IMG/VR virus record: IMGVR_UViG_3300008116_000018
Source: a virus
Length of the DNA: 64,000 bases
Strand: one strand, 5' to 3'
Position 1 is the stretch's first letter, and each line of letters begins with the position of its first letter. Below are positions 25,648 through 35,991 of the stretch, piece after piece. The position numbers and the translations under genes were made by a program. The notes under the pieces are model-generated. The model did not search any database and was not told the origin of the DNA. It saw only the letters and a program-made list of their open reading frames with translations.

Positions 25648-27063
25648 TTAAACCTTTAGATTGCCGAAATCTCGGTTTTTCTGCATTCGTTTGCCGAAAC
25701 CAGACTTATCAAATACGGGTTTATCGTCTTCAATCTGCCCACTATCGGAAATGTTAGTCTGCGCTGACTCTTCTGCATCATACAGTTTCATTTTCGCTCT
25801 ATCAACACCAATCACAAAACGTTTGTTTGTTGTTGGGTCGCTGTAACGATTCTTCAACTGCTTAACCATAATCTGATTCAACTCTGCAAGTTCTTCGGTT
25901 GAAATCAAAGCAAACATCAAGTCTGCTGTTGCAGGCAGACCAAACGATTCTGAAGTATCTTCAAGTCCAACGTCTGAGTTTGTATAACCACTTCTCGTTG
26001 TTTGTGTAGCTGATACAATTGGTAATTTATGTTCAACTGCAAGCCCACGCAACTCTTCTGCAATTGCTTTGATGTATGTGTATGAGTTAATAGAAGAACC
26101 CATCTTCATACGTGCAGAGGAACAAATGTTCAGATAGTCAATGTAAATGATATCAGGAATGAATTGTCGTTTCAATTTCAACTCATTCAACAAATGATTG
26201 AAGTGATTTACGTTTGCACTAGCGGTTGGATATTCTTTGATGATTAGCTTACCTTTAGTCTTCTCACGTAGAGTTTCGACTTTCTTCAAGTATACATCTT
26301 TAGGCATACCAATCAATCTATCAAGTTCAACGTTCATCAAGTTAGCATCGATACGTTCTGCAATACGTTCTTCAGCCATTTCCATTGTGATGTACAAAAC
26401 GTTTTTACCCATCGTCAGATTGGCTGCGGCACAATGACACATGAACAAAGATTTACCAACACCAGTACCAGCAAGAACAATGTTCAAAGATTTTTCTGCA
26501 AGCCCACCTTTAGTGATTCTGTTTAGATAGTCAAGGTCGAATGGGATTCGTCTTTCAACTTTATGATAGAAGTCATATCGTGTTTCTGCGTCATCAATAA
26601 AATCGTGACCAATGTGATTATCAAAAGAAACTGAAAGCGCATCTGCTAGAATTTTAGGGATCGAACCTTTATCAAGTTTTTCTGTGCTGTTCTTATTCTT
26701 GTCATCAAGAATTTGAATGCTCTGCATGATACCATTGTAGATTGCTTTTTCTTGACAGAAATTTTCTGTTGCATCAATCAACCATTTGGTGTCGGACACT
26801 TCGGGATCGATTGTAATTTCTTTAACAAGCGCAATCGTTTTCTTGTGCTGGTCATCTGTTAGATTAACTCTCTTGTCAATCTCAATAGCCAATGCCTCTT
26901 GCGTTGGCATTGTGTTATACTTATTTACATAACTTTCAATTTCAGAGAACAATAGTTTTTCTGAAGATTCCTGAAAATACTCGCCTTTAATGAATGGTAA
27001 AGTCTTTCGTGTATACTCTTCATCCAATATCAGGTGTTTCAGTATTTTTTGTTCCAAGTTCAT
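25648..27063 (-). CDS. g41: Replicative DNA helicase (T4 gp41)
   Basis: Walker A AGTGVGKS, IDYLN and SESFGLPATAD. Confidence 0.95.
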   Translation of the reverse strand: MNLEQKILKHLILDEEYTRKTLPFIKGEYFQESSEKLLFSEIESYVNKYNTMPTQEALAIEIDKRVNLTDDQHKKTIALVKEITIDPEVSDTKWLIDATENFCQEKAIYNGIMQSIQILDDKNKNSTEKLDKGSIPKILADALSVSFDNHIGHDFIDDAETRYDFYHKVERRIPFDLDYLNRITKGGLAEKSLNIVLAGTGVGKSLFMCHCAAANLTMGKNVLYITMEMAEERIAERIDANLMNVELDRLIGMPKDVYLKKVETLREKTKGKLIIKEYPTASANVNHFNHLLNELKLKRQFIPDIIYIDYLNICSSARMKMGSSINSYTYIKAIAEELRGLAVEHKLPIVSATQTTRSGYTNSDVGLEDTSESFGLPATADLMFALISTEELAELNQIMVKQLKNRYSDPTTNKRFVIGVDRAKMKLYDAEESAQTNISDSGQIEDDKPVFDKSGFGKRMQKNRDFGNLKV

Positions 27064-27364
27064 TCTTATACCTTTTCTCTGCTTCGTTCAATGCGTGTTT
27101 CAGCAAGTCATTTAAAACCTCACCAAGATATGCTTCAAAGATATCATTACCTTGAAGTGCTTTGTGTTCTTCACTTATTATATCATAGTTGAAGCCAATT
27201 GAATAGGTTCCGTCAGGATTTTCTTCTTCGGCAAAATTAATTTCACCAAAATGGAATACTGTGTCTTTAAAGTCGCCAGCAGTAATTTTGATTGTTGCGA
27301 CAACATCTTTATCTTTGTATTTGATATCGCTTTCGGCAATCTCATAAGTTTCTTCAATCTTCAT
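27020..27364 (-). CDS. Probable head vertex assembly chaperone (gp40 position)
   Basis: Size and position between uvsX and g41 match T4 synteny; sequence match is weak. Confidence 0.5.
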   Translation of the reverse strand: MKIEETYEIAESDIKYKDKDVVATIKITAGDFKDTVFHFGEINFAEEENPDGTYSIGFNYDIISEEHKALQGNDIFEAYLGEVLNDLLKHALNEAEKRYKNELGTKNTETPDIG

Positions 27365-28424
27365 TGACTAACTCCAACTCTTCTTCATCAGTAACACCCT
27401 CAACACCATCTTGCCCATACAAGAATTCTTTCTTACATGCTTCGTCAATCAATGCTAAGATATCAGGTGTGAAATACTTCTCTGGCTCTTCGTTGATGTT
27501 CTTGCCGAATACTTTAGTACCATTAGCAAGTTCATATCGTGTAGATACTTTTTTGATGATACCATACTTCTCTGCAATTTCAAGCAAGCCAAAGTATCTG
27601 TCAAGCCCTGTGCTGTATGTAATCTTCACTTCGACTTGAGAGTTTTCTTTTGTCAAACGTGACTTCTGCAACTTGCAACGAACGATGTTACCAACAACAG
27701 CAGTACCATCTTTATCTTTACGCTTAGACAAGTAAATGATTGTAGATGCGGTGTACTTTAAGCCAGAGCCACCAGACATTTCTTTAGTTGGGATGTATGC
27801 ACCAACAACATCATAAACGTGATTCGTTACAAGCAAAGGCACACCAATCTTAGCAAGTTTCAAATTCAATACACGGAATGTTGCTTTGAGAATAGCAGAC
27901 TTGGTCATGTCTTTAGTCTCTTTGCCTTCAGCAGTATCTTCCATTTCTTTAGTAGATGATAACTGACCAAGAGAATCAAGAACCATAATCATTGGCTTGC
28001 GTTTCGCTTCTGGTTGTGCTTGATACTTCTCAATGATTTGCAATGCGGTGTGACGAAACTTTTGAATTGTATCTGGCTCAGAGATAACAACCCGTTTAGT
28101 ATCAACGCCACGAGATTCCATCATTTGTTTTGTAACTGCGGCTTCTGTATCAAAGTAGATAACACCGCCTTCGGGATTTGCATCGAGAAATTGTTTAACA
28201 ATCCCAAGCACAAAGAATGTTTTACCAGTTGACGATTCACCAGCGAATGCAGTCACTTTGTTGTTAGGCACACCGCCATAGATGCTACCTGATAGAACAG
28301 CATTCAATGCATATGAACCCGTATCAATACATCCACTATACTCAGCAGATGCACCACCTTCAGATAAAATCTTTGTGTCTTCATCTTTCAATTGGTCAAC
28401 TAAATCTGTAAAAAAATTGCTCAT
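27354..28424 (-). CDS. uvsX: RecA-like recombinase UvsX
   Basis: [17 protein letters not shown] and MSGGSG. Confidence 0.95.
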   Translation of the reverse strand: MSNFFTDLVDQLKDEDTKILSEGGASAEYSGCIDTGSYALNAVLSGSIYGGVPNNKVTAFAGESSTGKTFFVLGIVKQFLDANPEGGVIYFDTEAAVTKQMMESRGVDTKRVVISEPDTIQKFRHTALQIIEKYQAQPEAKRKPMIMVLDSLGQLSSTKEMEDTAEGKETKDMTKSAILKATFRVLNLKLAKIGVPLLVTNHVYDVVGAYIPTKEMSGGSGLKYTASTIIYLSKRKDKDGTAVVGNIVRCKLQKSRLTKENSQVEVKITYSTGLDRYFGLLEIAEKYGIIKKVSTRYELANGTKVFGKNINEEPEKYFTPDILALIDEACKKEFLYGQDGVEGVTDEEELELVNED

Positions 28425-28921
28425 TGTGTTTTTCCTTCATAATATTTGTTTAATAACTTTGGCGAATGCTGTTCATATTCACTAACATCAGGTTCGCTTT
28501 TCTTTTGCACTTCTAAATCATGGGTACGCTGACGGAGTTCTGATGTACTGTAACTATGATTTCTCACATGATAGTATAACTCAATTCCGTTCTCAATGCA
28601 ATACTGTTTACCGGTAAAGTCTTTATTTTTGTATTCTTCGCCAAGAAATCTTATGTGCATTGTTTGCGTCATAATCAGATTAGCTAAGTCTTCTTCGGTA
28701 TGGTAGACAAGAATTTCATCCACATACTTACACGCTTGCAATTGAACATATCTTTCATATACCGATTGTACAGGTTTATTTTTTGTACTAGGTCTATCTA
28801 CAGTAGGATCAACTTGTAACGCAACAATCAAATAGTCACACAACTTTTTTTCCATCTTCAACATCGTCACATGACCAGCATGAAATAAATCAAATGACGA
28901 ACAATTAAAACCAATTTTCAT
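28421..28921 (-). CDS. Glycerol-3-phosphate cytidylyltransferase-like protein
   Basis: [21 protein letters not shown] and [11 protein letters not shown] TagD/RfaE-type motifs. Confidence 0.85.
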   Translation of the reverse strand: MKIGFNCSSFDLFHAGHVTMLKMEKKLCDYLIVALQVDPTVDRPSTKNKPVQSVYERYVQLQACKYVDEILVYHTEEDLANLIMTQTMHIRFLGEEYKNKDFTGKQYCIENGIELYYHVRNHSYSTSELRQRTHDLEVQKKSEPDVSEYEQHSPKLLNKYYEGKTQ

Positions 28922-28924
28922 AAA

Positions 28925-29911
28925 TTATCTTTCTGCAAACTCTGCAAATTTTGATCTGCCATCCCTAGTGTATTTACGTTTAAAATCTTCCAGTTCTTCT
29001 TTCGTCATTGGTATAGGTTCAATGAGTGTCGCATTCAAATTTTCATCGCCAATAGATTGATCTGGCGTTCGTTTTCTTTGTCTTCTTTTTTGTTTTGGTT
29101 CAACTTCATTGGTTGGAATATCAACTTGATATCCACCAGACTTCTCTTCTTTCTCTTTTGCTATTTGTCTCAAAGAAAAGTTTCCTGCAATAACAAGCAA
29201 GACTGCCATTGGGTCAAACACAAGAACTAAAAGAATAATAACGAATCGTACAGACTTATCTAGTAAACTAGAATCGATGCTATCTCCGTAGATTAACGCC
29301 GCAATATATTTGATCGGACCAACCTCTGCTTCCACTTTACGAATTTCGGCGGCGATAGGAGCCCGTTCTTCATTAAGAGTCGCCACCCGCTTGTTATATG
29401 TTTCGATTTCTTTAAGTAAGCGACCACGTTCAACCTGTTGGGCTTTGCGTAGACTTGCCGCTTTTTCTGCACCCTTTTCGTTTGTTGAACGAACCATAAC
29501 TTGGTCCACAGCTTCATCCATCTGTTTGAGCGTTTTGCGATTAACATCAATATTATCCTTCTCAACTTTAATCTTCTCATCGATCATTTCAATTTTTGCA
29601 GATACATCACCACTCACTAAACTTTGATCGTTATGTGCTTTAGAAAGATATCCAAAAATTCCCAATGATGTAATGAACATCAGAATCATAACTGCTACTG
29701 TGAAATAGTATTTCAAAAATTTCGGAGCAACTTTCCAATTCTTATATGCCCATGATGCGGCAATGAGTTTAGAAAACTCTAGCGCACCACCCATGATTGC
29801 AATTGGTATTGGGCTAGCCGCAAAGATAGCCATCAAGCCAATGACTGAATAGTATGCGGCAATAGCAGAAAGAGATATCGCACTCAATAATGTAATCAAA
29901 GCGAATAGCAT
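28925..29911 (-). CDS. Membrane protein with long coiled coil
   Basis: N-terminal TM helices, coiled coil, then FIILLVLVFDPMA-type TM segment. Confidence 0.75.
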   Translation of the reverse strand: MLFALITLLSAISLSAIAAYYSVIGLMAIFAASPIPIAIMGGALEFSKLIAASWAYKNWKVAPKFLKYYFTVAVMILMFITSLGIFGYLSKAHNDQSLVSGDVSAKIEMIDEKIKVEKDNIDVNRKTLKQMDEAVDQVMVRSTNEKGAEKAASLRKAQQVERGRLLKEIETYNKRVATLNEERAPIAAEIRKVEAEVGPIKYIAALIYGDSIDSSLLDKSVRFVIILLVLVFDPMAVLLVIAGNFSLRQIAKEKEEKSGGYQVDIPTNEVEPKQKRRQRKRTPDQSIGDENLNATLIEPIPMTKEELEDFKRKYTRDGRSKFAEFAER

Positions 29912-29913
29912 AA

Positions 29914-30324
29914 TTATCCTCTAGTCAACGCCAACACCCTATCAATTTGATCTTGGATCTTTGAAGTTCGATTAGGCCAATAGATATATTCTTTTTCTGG
30001 ATTCTTCATCAAGTTAACTAGCAAAGGCATGATGAGTTGTTCTAACTCTTTTAGATTTGCTTGCACTTCTGATTTCATGTTTTGGCGTTCTGCATCAAGT
30101 CCTAGTTTACCTTGATTGTATAGTGCCAACATTGCGTCTAACTTCTCTTCTACTCGGTGTAGTGATTCTGAAGATTGTTCAACAGTTTCTCTAACGAGAA
30201 TAGTATCTTCTAATGTATTTGGATCAGTGAGTCTAGTTAACGTTGATTCGTCAACTGCACTAAATCCAAAATCATCTTCTTTTCTAAACGCTAGGTATTC
30301 TGCGGGTATTGTTCTTGTTGTCAT
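29914..30324 (-). CDS. Conserved hypothetical protein
   Basis: DDFGFSAVDE...NPEKEYIYWPNR; coupled to g43. Confidence 0.7.
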   Translation of the reverse strand: MTTRTIPAEYLAFRKEDDFGFSAVDESTLTRLTDPNTLEDTILVRETVEQSSESLHRVEEKLDAMLALYNQGKLGLDAERQNMKSEVQANLKELEQLIMPLLVNLMKNPEKEYIYWPNRTSKIQDQIDRVLALTRG

Positions 30325-32813
30325 GCGAAAAAACTCTCCAATGAAGAAACACGTTCAGTCTTCCAACCAATTGTGTTTACGATTGTTTTTAATGGTTCAA
30401 GATATGCTTTATCAAACTGCGTATCGTAGTCGATATATTTTTCTACGCCAAACTCTTTTGGTAAGACTGTGAGAATAGAAAATACATTTTCTTGAACGGG
30501 ATTTGGAACTTTCATGTAACAGAATTTAGTCTTGTCACCATCCTGAATAAGTTGATACTTCTTAGTCAGTTTATACTTTTTCAGAAACGCATTAAACATT
30601 ATCGCACCACGCACATGCATAGGTGTGCCTTTTGAATATAGTTCCGAACTGCTCACATATTTAGACAGGTCACTAACACCACGTGGAAATGCAATGTCTT
30701 CGAATGGAAGAGTTTTGAATTCTTGTTTGAATAATTCAACGAAAGATTGAAACTCTTGTTCATTGCCATTCATCACAATCTTCAAAGACTCTTTAATCTT
30801 CTCACGGCATGACATTGGTGTGGAAGACTTAACGGCTTCAATGCCCATCATCTTCAACTTTGGTTCTGCGAATCGAACACCTTCAGAATCGTACACGTTT
30901 AGAATGTAACGTTTTTTTGCAGTCCAGATGCCTTTGTTTGCGATAACTTCACGCTTCATCTGCATCTTCTGGTCGAATGCATTCATGTAGTCTGCTAGTT
31001 CTTGGTATGACTTGTCGATGAATGGTTCGAATTTTTCGATACACGCTTTGTTGACGAAATCAACAATCGTTTCAACTTTCGTTTCACTCTTCGATCCGTA
31101 GACCATATGTACCAGCGGACCAAGATTGACGTATACAGAGTCCGTGTCCGATGCGATAACATAATCAATATCCTTAGTCTTCAATAGTTTGTTTAGATAA
31201 CTATTCAACTTCATTTCAATCCATCGAATAGCTAGTTGACCAGACAGAGTAATTGCCTCTGCTTGGCGAATGTCAAAGAACCTAAAGTATTGATTACCAA
31301 GTGCGCCATAAGCGGAGTTCAATTGTACTTTCTTTGCGAGTTGCAAGTTCTTGTACTTTGAAATCTGATTTGTTATTTCACGTTTACGTTCTTTATCAGT
31401 TTCTTTTTCGTAAGCCTTTTGTGCCTCGATCATTTTCTTTTTGTACAATGAACGATCATCATACATGCGTTGCATCATAGCAGGCAAGAAGCCTTGCTTG
31501 TCACGCTTGAAGTAATGGCCATTGGCTGCCATGCAATATTCACCTTGTGCTTGATACTCACCATCTAGCAAATTATCAATAGAGATACTTGTGTGGCGAC
31601 CTTCAATAATTGTTTCAGGTGAAACATTGTACTGCATAATCAAGTGTGGATACAATGAGTTCAAGTCAAACGATACAACCCATTCGTGCATACCAACGAT
31701 TGGGTCTTTCACATAAGCGCCAGCATACTGTTCATCTTTTGCGGTATGAACATTCTGTGGCACAACAATATTTTGTTCAATCAATTCGTTATGAATCAAA
31801 GTATCCCACATGCGTACTTGTGTGAACACATCGGTGTAATTAACTTTAGCATCGTATGCGAGGGCAAGCGCCATGTCAATCAATTGCATCTTAGCATCAA
31901 TACGATCCACAAGTTCAACGTCATGGATGTTGTACTCAATAAACTTTTGAAAGTTTGTTCGATATAACTGATGTAGACTTTCAACTTCAGAGTAGTCAAG
32001 TTTCTTCTCACCAAGTTCTAGATACGCAATGTGATTGAGACTAAAACTTTCTTGCTGTGAGTATGTAAACTTCTTGTACAATTCAATGTAATCAAGAATA
32101 GCAATACCCACCAAATCGAATGCTACTTGTTGTTTGTTGTGAATCGTAGTTGTACGTTCACCGATTCTACGGAATGGTGATAGACGCTTTGCAGTATTGT
32201 CGCCCATGAGTCTTGTGATACGATTGTTCAGATATGGAATATCAAAGAATTGAATGTTCCAACCAGTCACAATGTCTGGTGATGTTTCTTCCCACATGTC
32301 AAGAAAGCGCATGATGAGATTATTTTCATCACGACACTTCATGTATGTTACATCATCACGATAGTTATCATAGTCACCACAGCCAAACACATAGAAGTGT
32401 CCTGATATCTTAAATGTGATTGCAGTGATTGGCTCACTCGCAGATGCAGGTTCAGGAAAACCATTTTCAGAACCAACCTCAATGTCGATGTTCGCAATCT
32501 TAATTTGGTCTGGATCATAATCTAATTTGCCTGGATACGCTTCATTGATATAAACGTATGGAAAGTTTGTTGAGCCATACACTTTGAAGTTGTCAACATC
32601 TTCATAACGTTTCATAAACTCTGTTGCGTCACGCATTGTGCCTTGCGATACTGCCGCAAGCGATTGGCCATCTAATGTTCGATAATCACCATCTTTAGAT
32701 TGTAGATATAACGTTGGATTGTATTCGACCTTATCGGTAAATCGTTTGCCGTTGTTGTATCCACGAACAAGAATGTTGTTGCCGAGTTTAGAAAAATGCG
32801 TATAAAATTTCAT
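30321..32813 (-). CDS. g43: Family B DNA polymerase (T4 gp43)
   Basis: Exonuclease DIEV, SFDLNSLYP, KVQLNSAYG and SDTDS. Confidence 0.97.
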   Translation of the reverse strand: MKFYTHFSKLGNNILVRGYNNGKRFTDKVEYNPTLYLQSKDGDYRTLDGQSLAAVSQGTMRDATEFMKRYEDVDNFKVYGSTNFPYVYINEAYPGKLDYDPDQIKIANIDIEVGSENGFPEPASASEPITAITFKISGHFYVFGCGDYDNYRDDVTYMKCRDENNLIMRFLDMWEETSPDIVTGWNIQFFDIPYLNNRITRLMGDNTAKRLSPFRRIGERTTTIHNKQQVAFDLVGIAILDYIELYKKFTYSQQESFSLNHIAYLELGEKKLDYSEVESLHQLYRTNFQKFIEYNIHDVELVDRIDAKMQLIDMALALAYDAKVNYTDVFTQVRMWDTLIHNELIEQNIVVPQNVHTAKDEQYAGAYVKDPIVGMHEWVVSFDLNSLYPHLIMQYNVSPETIIEGRHTSISIDNLLDGEYQAQGEYCMAANGHYFKRDKQGFLPAMMQRMYDDRSLYKKKMIEAQKAYEKETDKERKREITNQISKYKNLQLAKKVQLNSAYGALGNQYFRFFDIRQAEAITLSGQLAIRWIEMKLNSYLNKLLKTKDIDYVIASDTDSVYVNLGPLVHMVYGSKSETKVETIVDFVNKACIEKFEPFIDKSYQELADYMNAFDQKMQMKREVIANKGIWTAKKRYILNVYDSEGVRFAEPKLKMMGIEAVKSSTPMSCREKIKESLKIVMNGNEQEFQSFVELFKQEFKTLPFEDIAFPRGVSDLSKYVSSSELYSKGTPMHVRGAIMFNAFLKKYKLTKKYQLIQDGDKTKFCYMKVPNPVQENVFSILTVLPKEFGVEKYIDYDTQFDKAYLEPLKTIVNTIGWKTERVSSLESFFA

Positions 32814-33115
32814 TAAGTAATAATGCCTTGAGTCGGTGGCAGGACAATTCCTGATCCGTATATCTCATTATACTTGTTTTTTATCTCTTGTGCAACTGAT
32901 ACGTTGTAAATTACATGGTTAGGATTAAACTCTACCACTTTTTGTTCGGAGAAGATTAAAAGAGGTTGCATTTGCAAAGCGGCTTTGCCAGCTTGATTCA
33001 TACCAATAGCAAGAACACATGGGTTCTCTACACGATACTTATCCGCAGTCTCTTCTACAATATCACCAACAATTTCTTCACCTGTTGATAATTTCAAAAT
33101 TCTTAAGTTTGCCAT
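32813..33115 (-). CDS. Conserved small Sm-like-fold hypothetical protein
   Basis: Start MANLRILKLSTGEEIVG with AGGA SD; lies immediately upstream of g43. Confidence 0.7.
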   Translation of the reverse strand: MANLRILKLSTGEEIVGDIVEETADKYRVENPCVLAIGMNQAGKAALQMQPLLIFSEQKVVEFNPNHVIYNVSVAQEIKNKYNEIYGSGIVLPPTQGIIT

Positions 33116-33130
33116 TTTATATCCTATAAT

Positions 33131-33154
33131 AAAATGGGGGCATTGCGCCCCCAT
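33131..33154 (-). terminator. Rho-independent terminator
   Basis: ATGGGGGC/GCCCCCAT stem followed by TTTT on the minus strand. Confidence 0.75.
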
Positions 33155-33158
33155 GTGT

Positions 33159-33242
33159 TTATTTAAAACGCTCTGCTTTATGTCTCTTTGCGTCTTGAAT
33201 TGCTTCAAGTAAAGCAATAAAGAAGTTTTTTATTGATTTCAT
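33159..33242 (-). CDS. 27-aa micro-ORF coupled to hsp20
   Basis: Read by hand: MKSIKNFFIALLEAIQDAKRHKAERFK; ATGA overlap with the hsp20 stop, GAGGA SD, ends just before the terminator. Confidence 0.5.
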   Translation of the reverse strand: MKSIKNFFIALLEAIQDAKRHKAERFK

Positions 33243-33748
33243 AATTCATCCTCAGTTAAATATTGCTGAGATGATTTTTTAGTTTTAGGCGCAGTATCAA
33301 CTGTGTCTTTAACTTCAATCTTCTTTGGCTTCTTATGTTCTGGAATGATTCGTTCCAAAGCAATCTTCAACATACCATTAATCAAAGCGGCATCTTGAAT
33401 TTCGATTTGGTCATCAAGTGCGAATGTGCGAGTGAACGCACGATTAGCAATACCCTTGAACAAGAAATTATCTCCATCATCTTTTGTGTTACCGGCAACA
33501 ATTAGTTTGTTGTCTTCTAAAGTGATATCGATTTCCTGTTTACCAAAACCAGCAACCGCAATTTCAATGACGTATGTATTGTCACCAGTCTTGCGAATGT
33601 TGTAAGGTGGGTAGTTAGGAATGTTCTTAGTCACATCATCATGTATTTTTGCTAGTCGATTGAATTGCTCATCGAAGCCAACAAAGAATTTATCAAAATC
33701 TTTGAAACCTTGTCCGCCAAAAAGTGCGGGAATTGGTGTGTGTCCCAT
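33239..33748 (-). CDS. hsp20: Small heat-shock protein (Hsp20/IbpA-like)
   Basis: YPPYNI, EIAVAGF, GIANRAFTRTF and NGML; start at 33748 with AGGAG SD. Confidence 0.93.
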   Translation of the reverse strand: MGHTPIPALFGGQGFKDFDKFFVGFDEQFNRLAKIHDDVTKNIPNYPPYNIRKTGDNTYVIEIAVAGFGKQEIDITLEDNKLIVAGNTKDDGDNFLFKGIANRAFTRTFALDDQIEIQDAALINGMLKIALERIIPEHKKPKKIEVKDTVDTAPKTKKSSQQYLTEDEL

Positions 33749-33761
33749 TTTGTATCTCCTC

Positions 33762-33989
33762 TTACTTATTTTTTGAAAACGCTTTTTTAGCGTCAAAAGT
33801 GTATGCAGACATGCCAAGAGTTGTAAAAAACTTATTGACTTCTACTGCAACAGCTTTTGCGTAAAGTGTTTGCGCTTCAATGAAAGTGTTGAGGGGTTTT
33901 GCAAGTTCTTCATTCTTGACGAATGTTTTGACGAATTGCGTTTTTGTGCCTTGAAAAGTATCGATAGCACTATTGATGTTTTGTAACAT
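33762..33989 (-). CDS. Small helical hypothetical protein
   Basis: 75 aa with AGGAG SD. Confidence 0.7.
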   Translation of the reverse strand: MLQNINSAIDTFQGTKTQFVKTFVKNEELAKPLNTFIEAQTLYAKAVAVEVNKFFTTLGMSAYTFDAKKAFSKNK

Positions 33990-34007
33990 AGTTTCTCCTA
34001 TTAAGCG

Positions 34008-34147
34008 AGTTAAAAAATAAAATTGATACCCCGAAGGCGTATCATTAAAGTCCTGCTTACTGGCTACAGGGGCACCATATCGTTGTGCCAGCTTTAGACG
34101 CTCCTAAGGTAGAAGAGCCATTTACGTTCCCATCCCTGAGATACGTT
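34008..34147 (-). ncRNA. Candidate structured RNA or leader
   Basis: Starts after TATAAATA; four predicted stem elements including a GGGA tetraloop and a UUCG hairpin with U-tract. Confidence 0.45.
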
Positions 34148-34155
34148 TATTTATA
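34148..34155 (-). promoter_or_regulatory. T4-type late promoter (TATAAATA)
   Basis: Exact consensus, intergenic. Confidence 0.75.
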
Positions 34156-34160
34156 ACAGA

Positions 34161-34388
34161 TTAAGCCTGTCCAACCATTCTACGTGAAACAAAATATGTT
34201 GTATTACCTTCTGTGTTCATTGCTGTACGAACTTTGTAACCGCACTGGCGCAAGTCACTCATACGGGCACGAAGGTTTTTAACGCCAAACAAAGACCTTG
34301 CTTGGGGTGCAGAGATTCCACGACCTGTACCACGCAAGTACGATACCAAGAGTTCTGTCTGTGTTTTGCTAGAATTTACAAATGCCAT
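34161..34388 (-). CDS. Small winged-HTH-like protein
   Basis: LVSYL...ISAPQARSLFGVKNLRARMSDLRQCGY HTH-like pattern. Confidence 0.6.
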   Translation of the reverse strand: MAFVNSSKTQTELLVSYLRGTGRGISAPQARSLFGVKNLRARMSDLRQCGYKVRTAMNTEGNTTYFVSRRMVGQA

Positions 34389-34430
34389 TTTATATACCTC
34401 ATCAATTAATGATAAAAAATTTACTAAGAA

Positions 34431-34682
34431 TTATTTCTTAGCTTCTGATTTAGCTTCCGCTTTATTAGCTTCTGCTTTTTTAGCCTCTGCTCGTTCGGCT
34501 TTCTCTTTTGGAGTAATCACTTTAGGACGTGGTTTCTCTTTAGAGTCTGCTTTAGCGGCAGGTGCTGATGCTGTTGTTGCAGGTTTGTCAGCAGGTTTCT
34601 TTTCTGCTGGTTTGTCTGCCGCAACGGCAACTAGGGAGAGAGTAGTCAATGCTACTGCTGTCAATACTGTCATGGATTTCAT
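34431..34682 (-). CDS. Secreted Lys/Ala/Pro-rich low-complexity protein
   Basis: Signal peptide ending in AVA-ADK followed by KPA/AEAK repeats; AGGAG SD; TTGACA-N17-GATAAT upstream. Confidence 0.75.
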   Translation of the reverse strand: MKSMTVLTAVALTTLSLVAVAADKPAEKKPADKPATTASAPAAKADSKEKPRPKVITPKEKAERAEAKKAEANKAEAKSEAKK

Positions 34683-34735
34683 AAAATCTCCTAATTTATT
34701 TCAAGATAACATTATCTCACATTATACAACGTTTG

Positions 34736-35173
34736 TCAAGCCCTGATAGTTGACCTAATCATCCATGCATGTTTATTGAATGCATCTTGACGCTCTGCCA
34801 TAAAGTTACTTATGTTGTGGCAACGTTCTTGTTCTGCAAGTTCGTATGTACGTTGAATGCTTGTCAGCATTGTTGGAATATCATCTAATAATCTTTGCAT
34901 CATCACTTCTGCTGGTGGCACAGTTTCGTCACCTTGGATTTGTGATAACTGAATGAAGCGATTAAAACTTCCTGGTGCATATGAATCCAATGTTCGAATC
35001 TCTTCTGCAATTTTATCCACAACACCATACACTTCAGTATAGATGTTTTCTAAAAAATCGTGATACTGAGGGAAGTTAGGACCAGTTACGTTCCAATGGT
35101 AGTAATGCGCCTTCAGATAAAATGCGTAGTGGTTCGCTAAAGACACTTTTAGTGATTGTACTAGTTCTTCCAT
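34736..35173 (-). CDS. dps: Dps / ferritin-like protein
   Basis: HYYHWNVTGPNFPQYH, DKIAEEIR and KHAWMI. Confidence 0.92.
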   Translation of the reverse strand: MEELVQSLKVSLANHYAFYLKAHYYHWNVTGPNFPQYHDFLENIYTEVYGVVDKIAEEIRTLDSYAPGSFNRFIQLSQIQGDETVPPAEVMMQRLLDDIPTMLTSIQRTYELAEQERCHNISNFMAERQDAFNKHAWMIRSTIRA

Positions 35174-35174
35174 T

Positions 35175-35588
35175 TTATTCCATTTCCCTCTTTTTATTTC
35201 CGATATTATATTTAGCAGTTAAAAGCCATTCATTTTTTTCTTTATAAGATATGATTTTGATTTGAGACAATGGTGCTATAGGCTCTTCAACGTTTGTTGC
35301 CCTAGGAACAATTTCAATTAATCCCCATTCGGCTAATAGCTTTGCAATTGTGTTTCTTCTCGCTAAATCATTTTCTTCAAAGTCGGTTGGTTTACCATCT
35401 AATGCAAATAACTCTTTAAAATGTACAATATAATATTTACCTTTTTTGTGTAAAATATGACATGACTGGTATAGTGTTTTATCTTTACGTGACGCAACGC
35501 CAATACGGGTTAGTGTTTCTTTTACTTTTAAGAAATCGTCTTCTTGTTTTAATCTTATCTCAAGTAAGTCTTCAATGTTCACCGCCAT
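35175..35588 (-). CDS. regA: Translational repressor RegA
   Basis: DDFLKVKETLTRIGVASR...QSCHILHKKGKYYIVHFKELF. Confidence 0.95.
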   Translation of the reverse strand: MAVNIEDLLEIRLKQEDDFLKVKETLTRIGVASRKDKTLYQSCHILHKKGKYYIVHFKELFALDGKPTDFEENDLARRNTIAKLLAEWGLIEIVPRATNVEEPIAPLSQIKIISYKEKNEWLLTAKYNIGNKKREME

Positions 35589-35991
35589 TCTTTTTCTCCT
35601 TGGACTTCACGCCACCTTTTTGTATTTTTTGTTTCATCATCTGGAGTTGATCTGACGTTATAAGATTCTGCACTTGTTTAGCTTTAGCATAACTATAGCC
35701 AAAATATTCAGAAATCACATTAATGTCTTCAACTACTTCATTCTTAAACCACTTGCTAAAGCGTTTTCGTGGCCTGATGGTATTTAGTAAATACAAAAAT
35801 TGAGGTTTGTTGTCGAGGAGATGACGGCTGTTCATCTCATTTGCATATAAGATTGTGTCTGAGAAGTAGGATAGTCCTTTATTTACGATGTACGCATTGT
35901 ACGATTTTTCGGCAAGTTCATCATTATCAGTGCCAACCATCATATTTTCTTTTGATTGGTTGATGGCGTTTAGGTAGTCAAATGGTGTCAT
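35572..35991 (-). CDS. g62: Clamp loader small subunit gp62
   Basis: PFDYLNAIN, YANEMN and KRFSKW; synteny before regA. Confidence 0.9.
   Translation of the reverse strand: MTPFDYLNAINQSKENMMVGTDNDELAEKSYNAYIVNKGLSYFSDTILYANEMNSRHLLDNKPQFLYLLNTIRPRKRFSKWFKNEVVEDINVISEYFGYSYAKAKQVQNLITSDQLQMMKQKIQKGGVKSKEKKNGGEH

Noticed and set aside
30321-32813. Intron, intein or split in DNA polymerase (also checked nrdA, nrdB, g41, uvsX)
   Set aside because: All are single continuous ORFs of ordinary or short length with no splicing motifs.
34008-34147. tRNA, hammerhead ribozyme or SAH riboswitch
   Set aside because: No cloverleaf or TTCRA arm, no CUGANGA/GAAA core, and only a short AGGAGCG resemblance to the SAH motif; kept as an unassigned RNA candidate.
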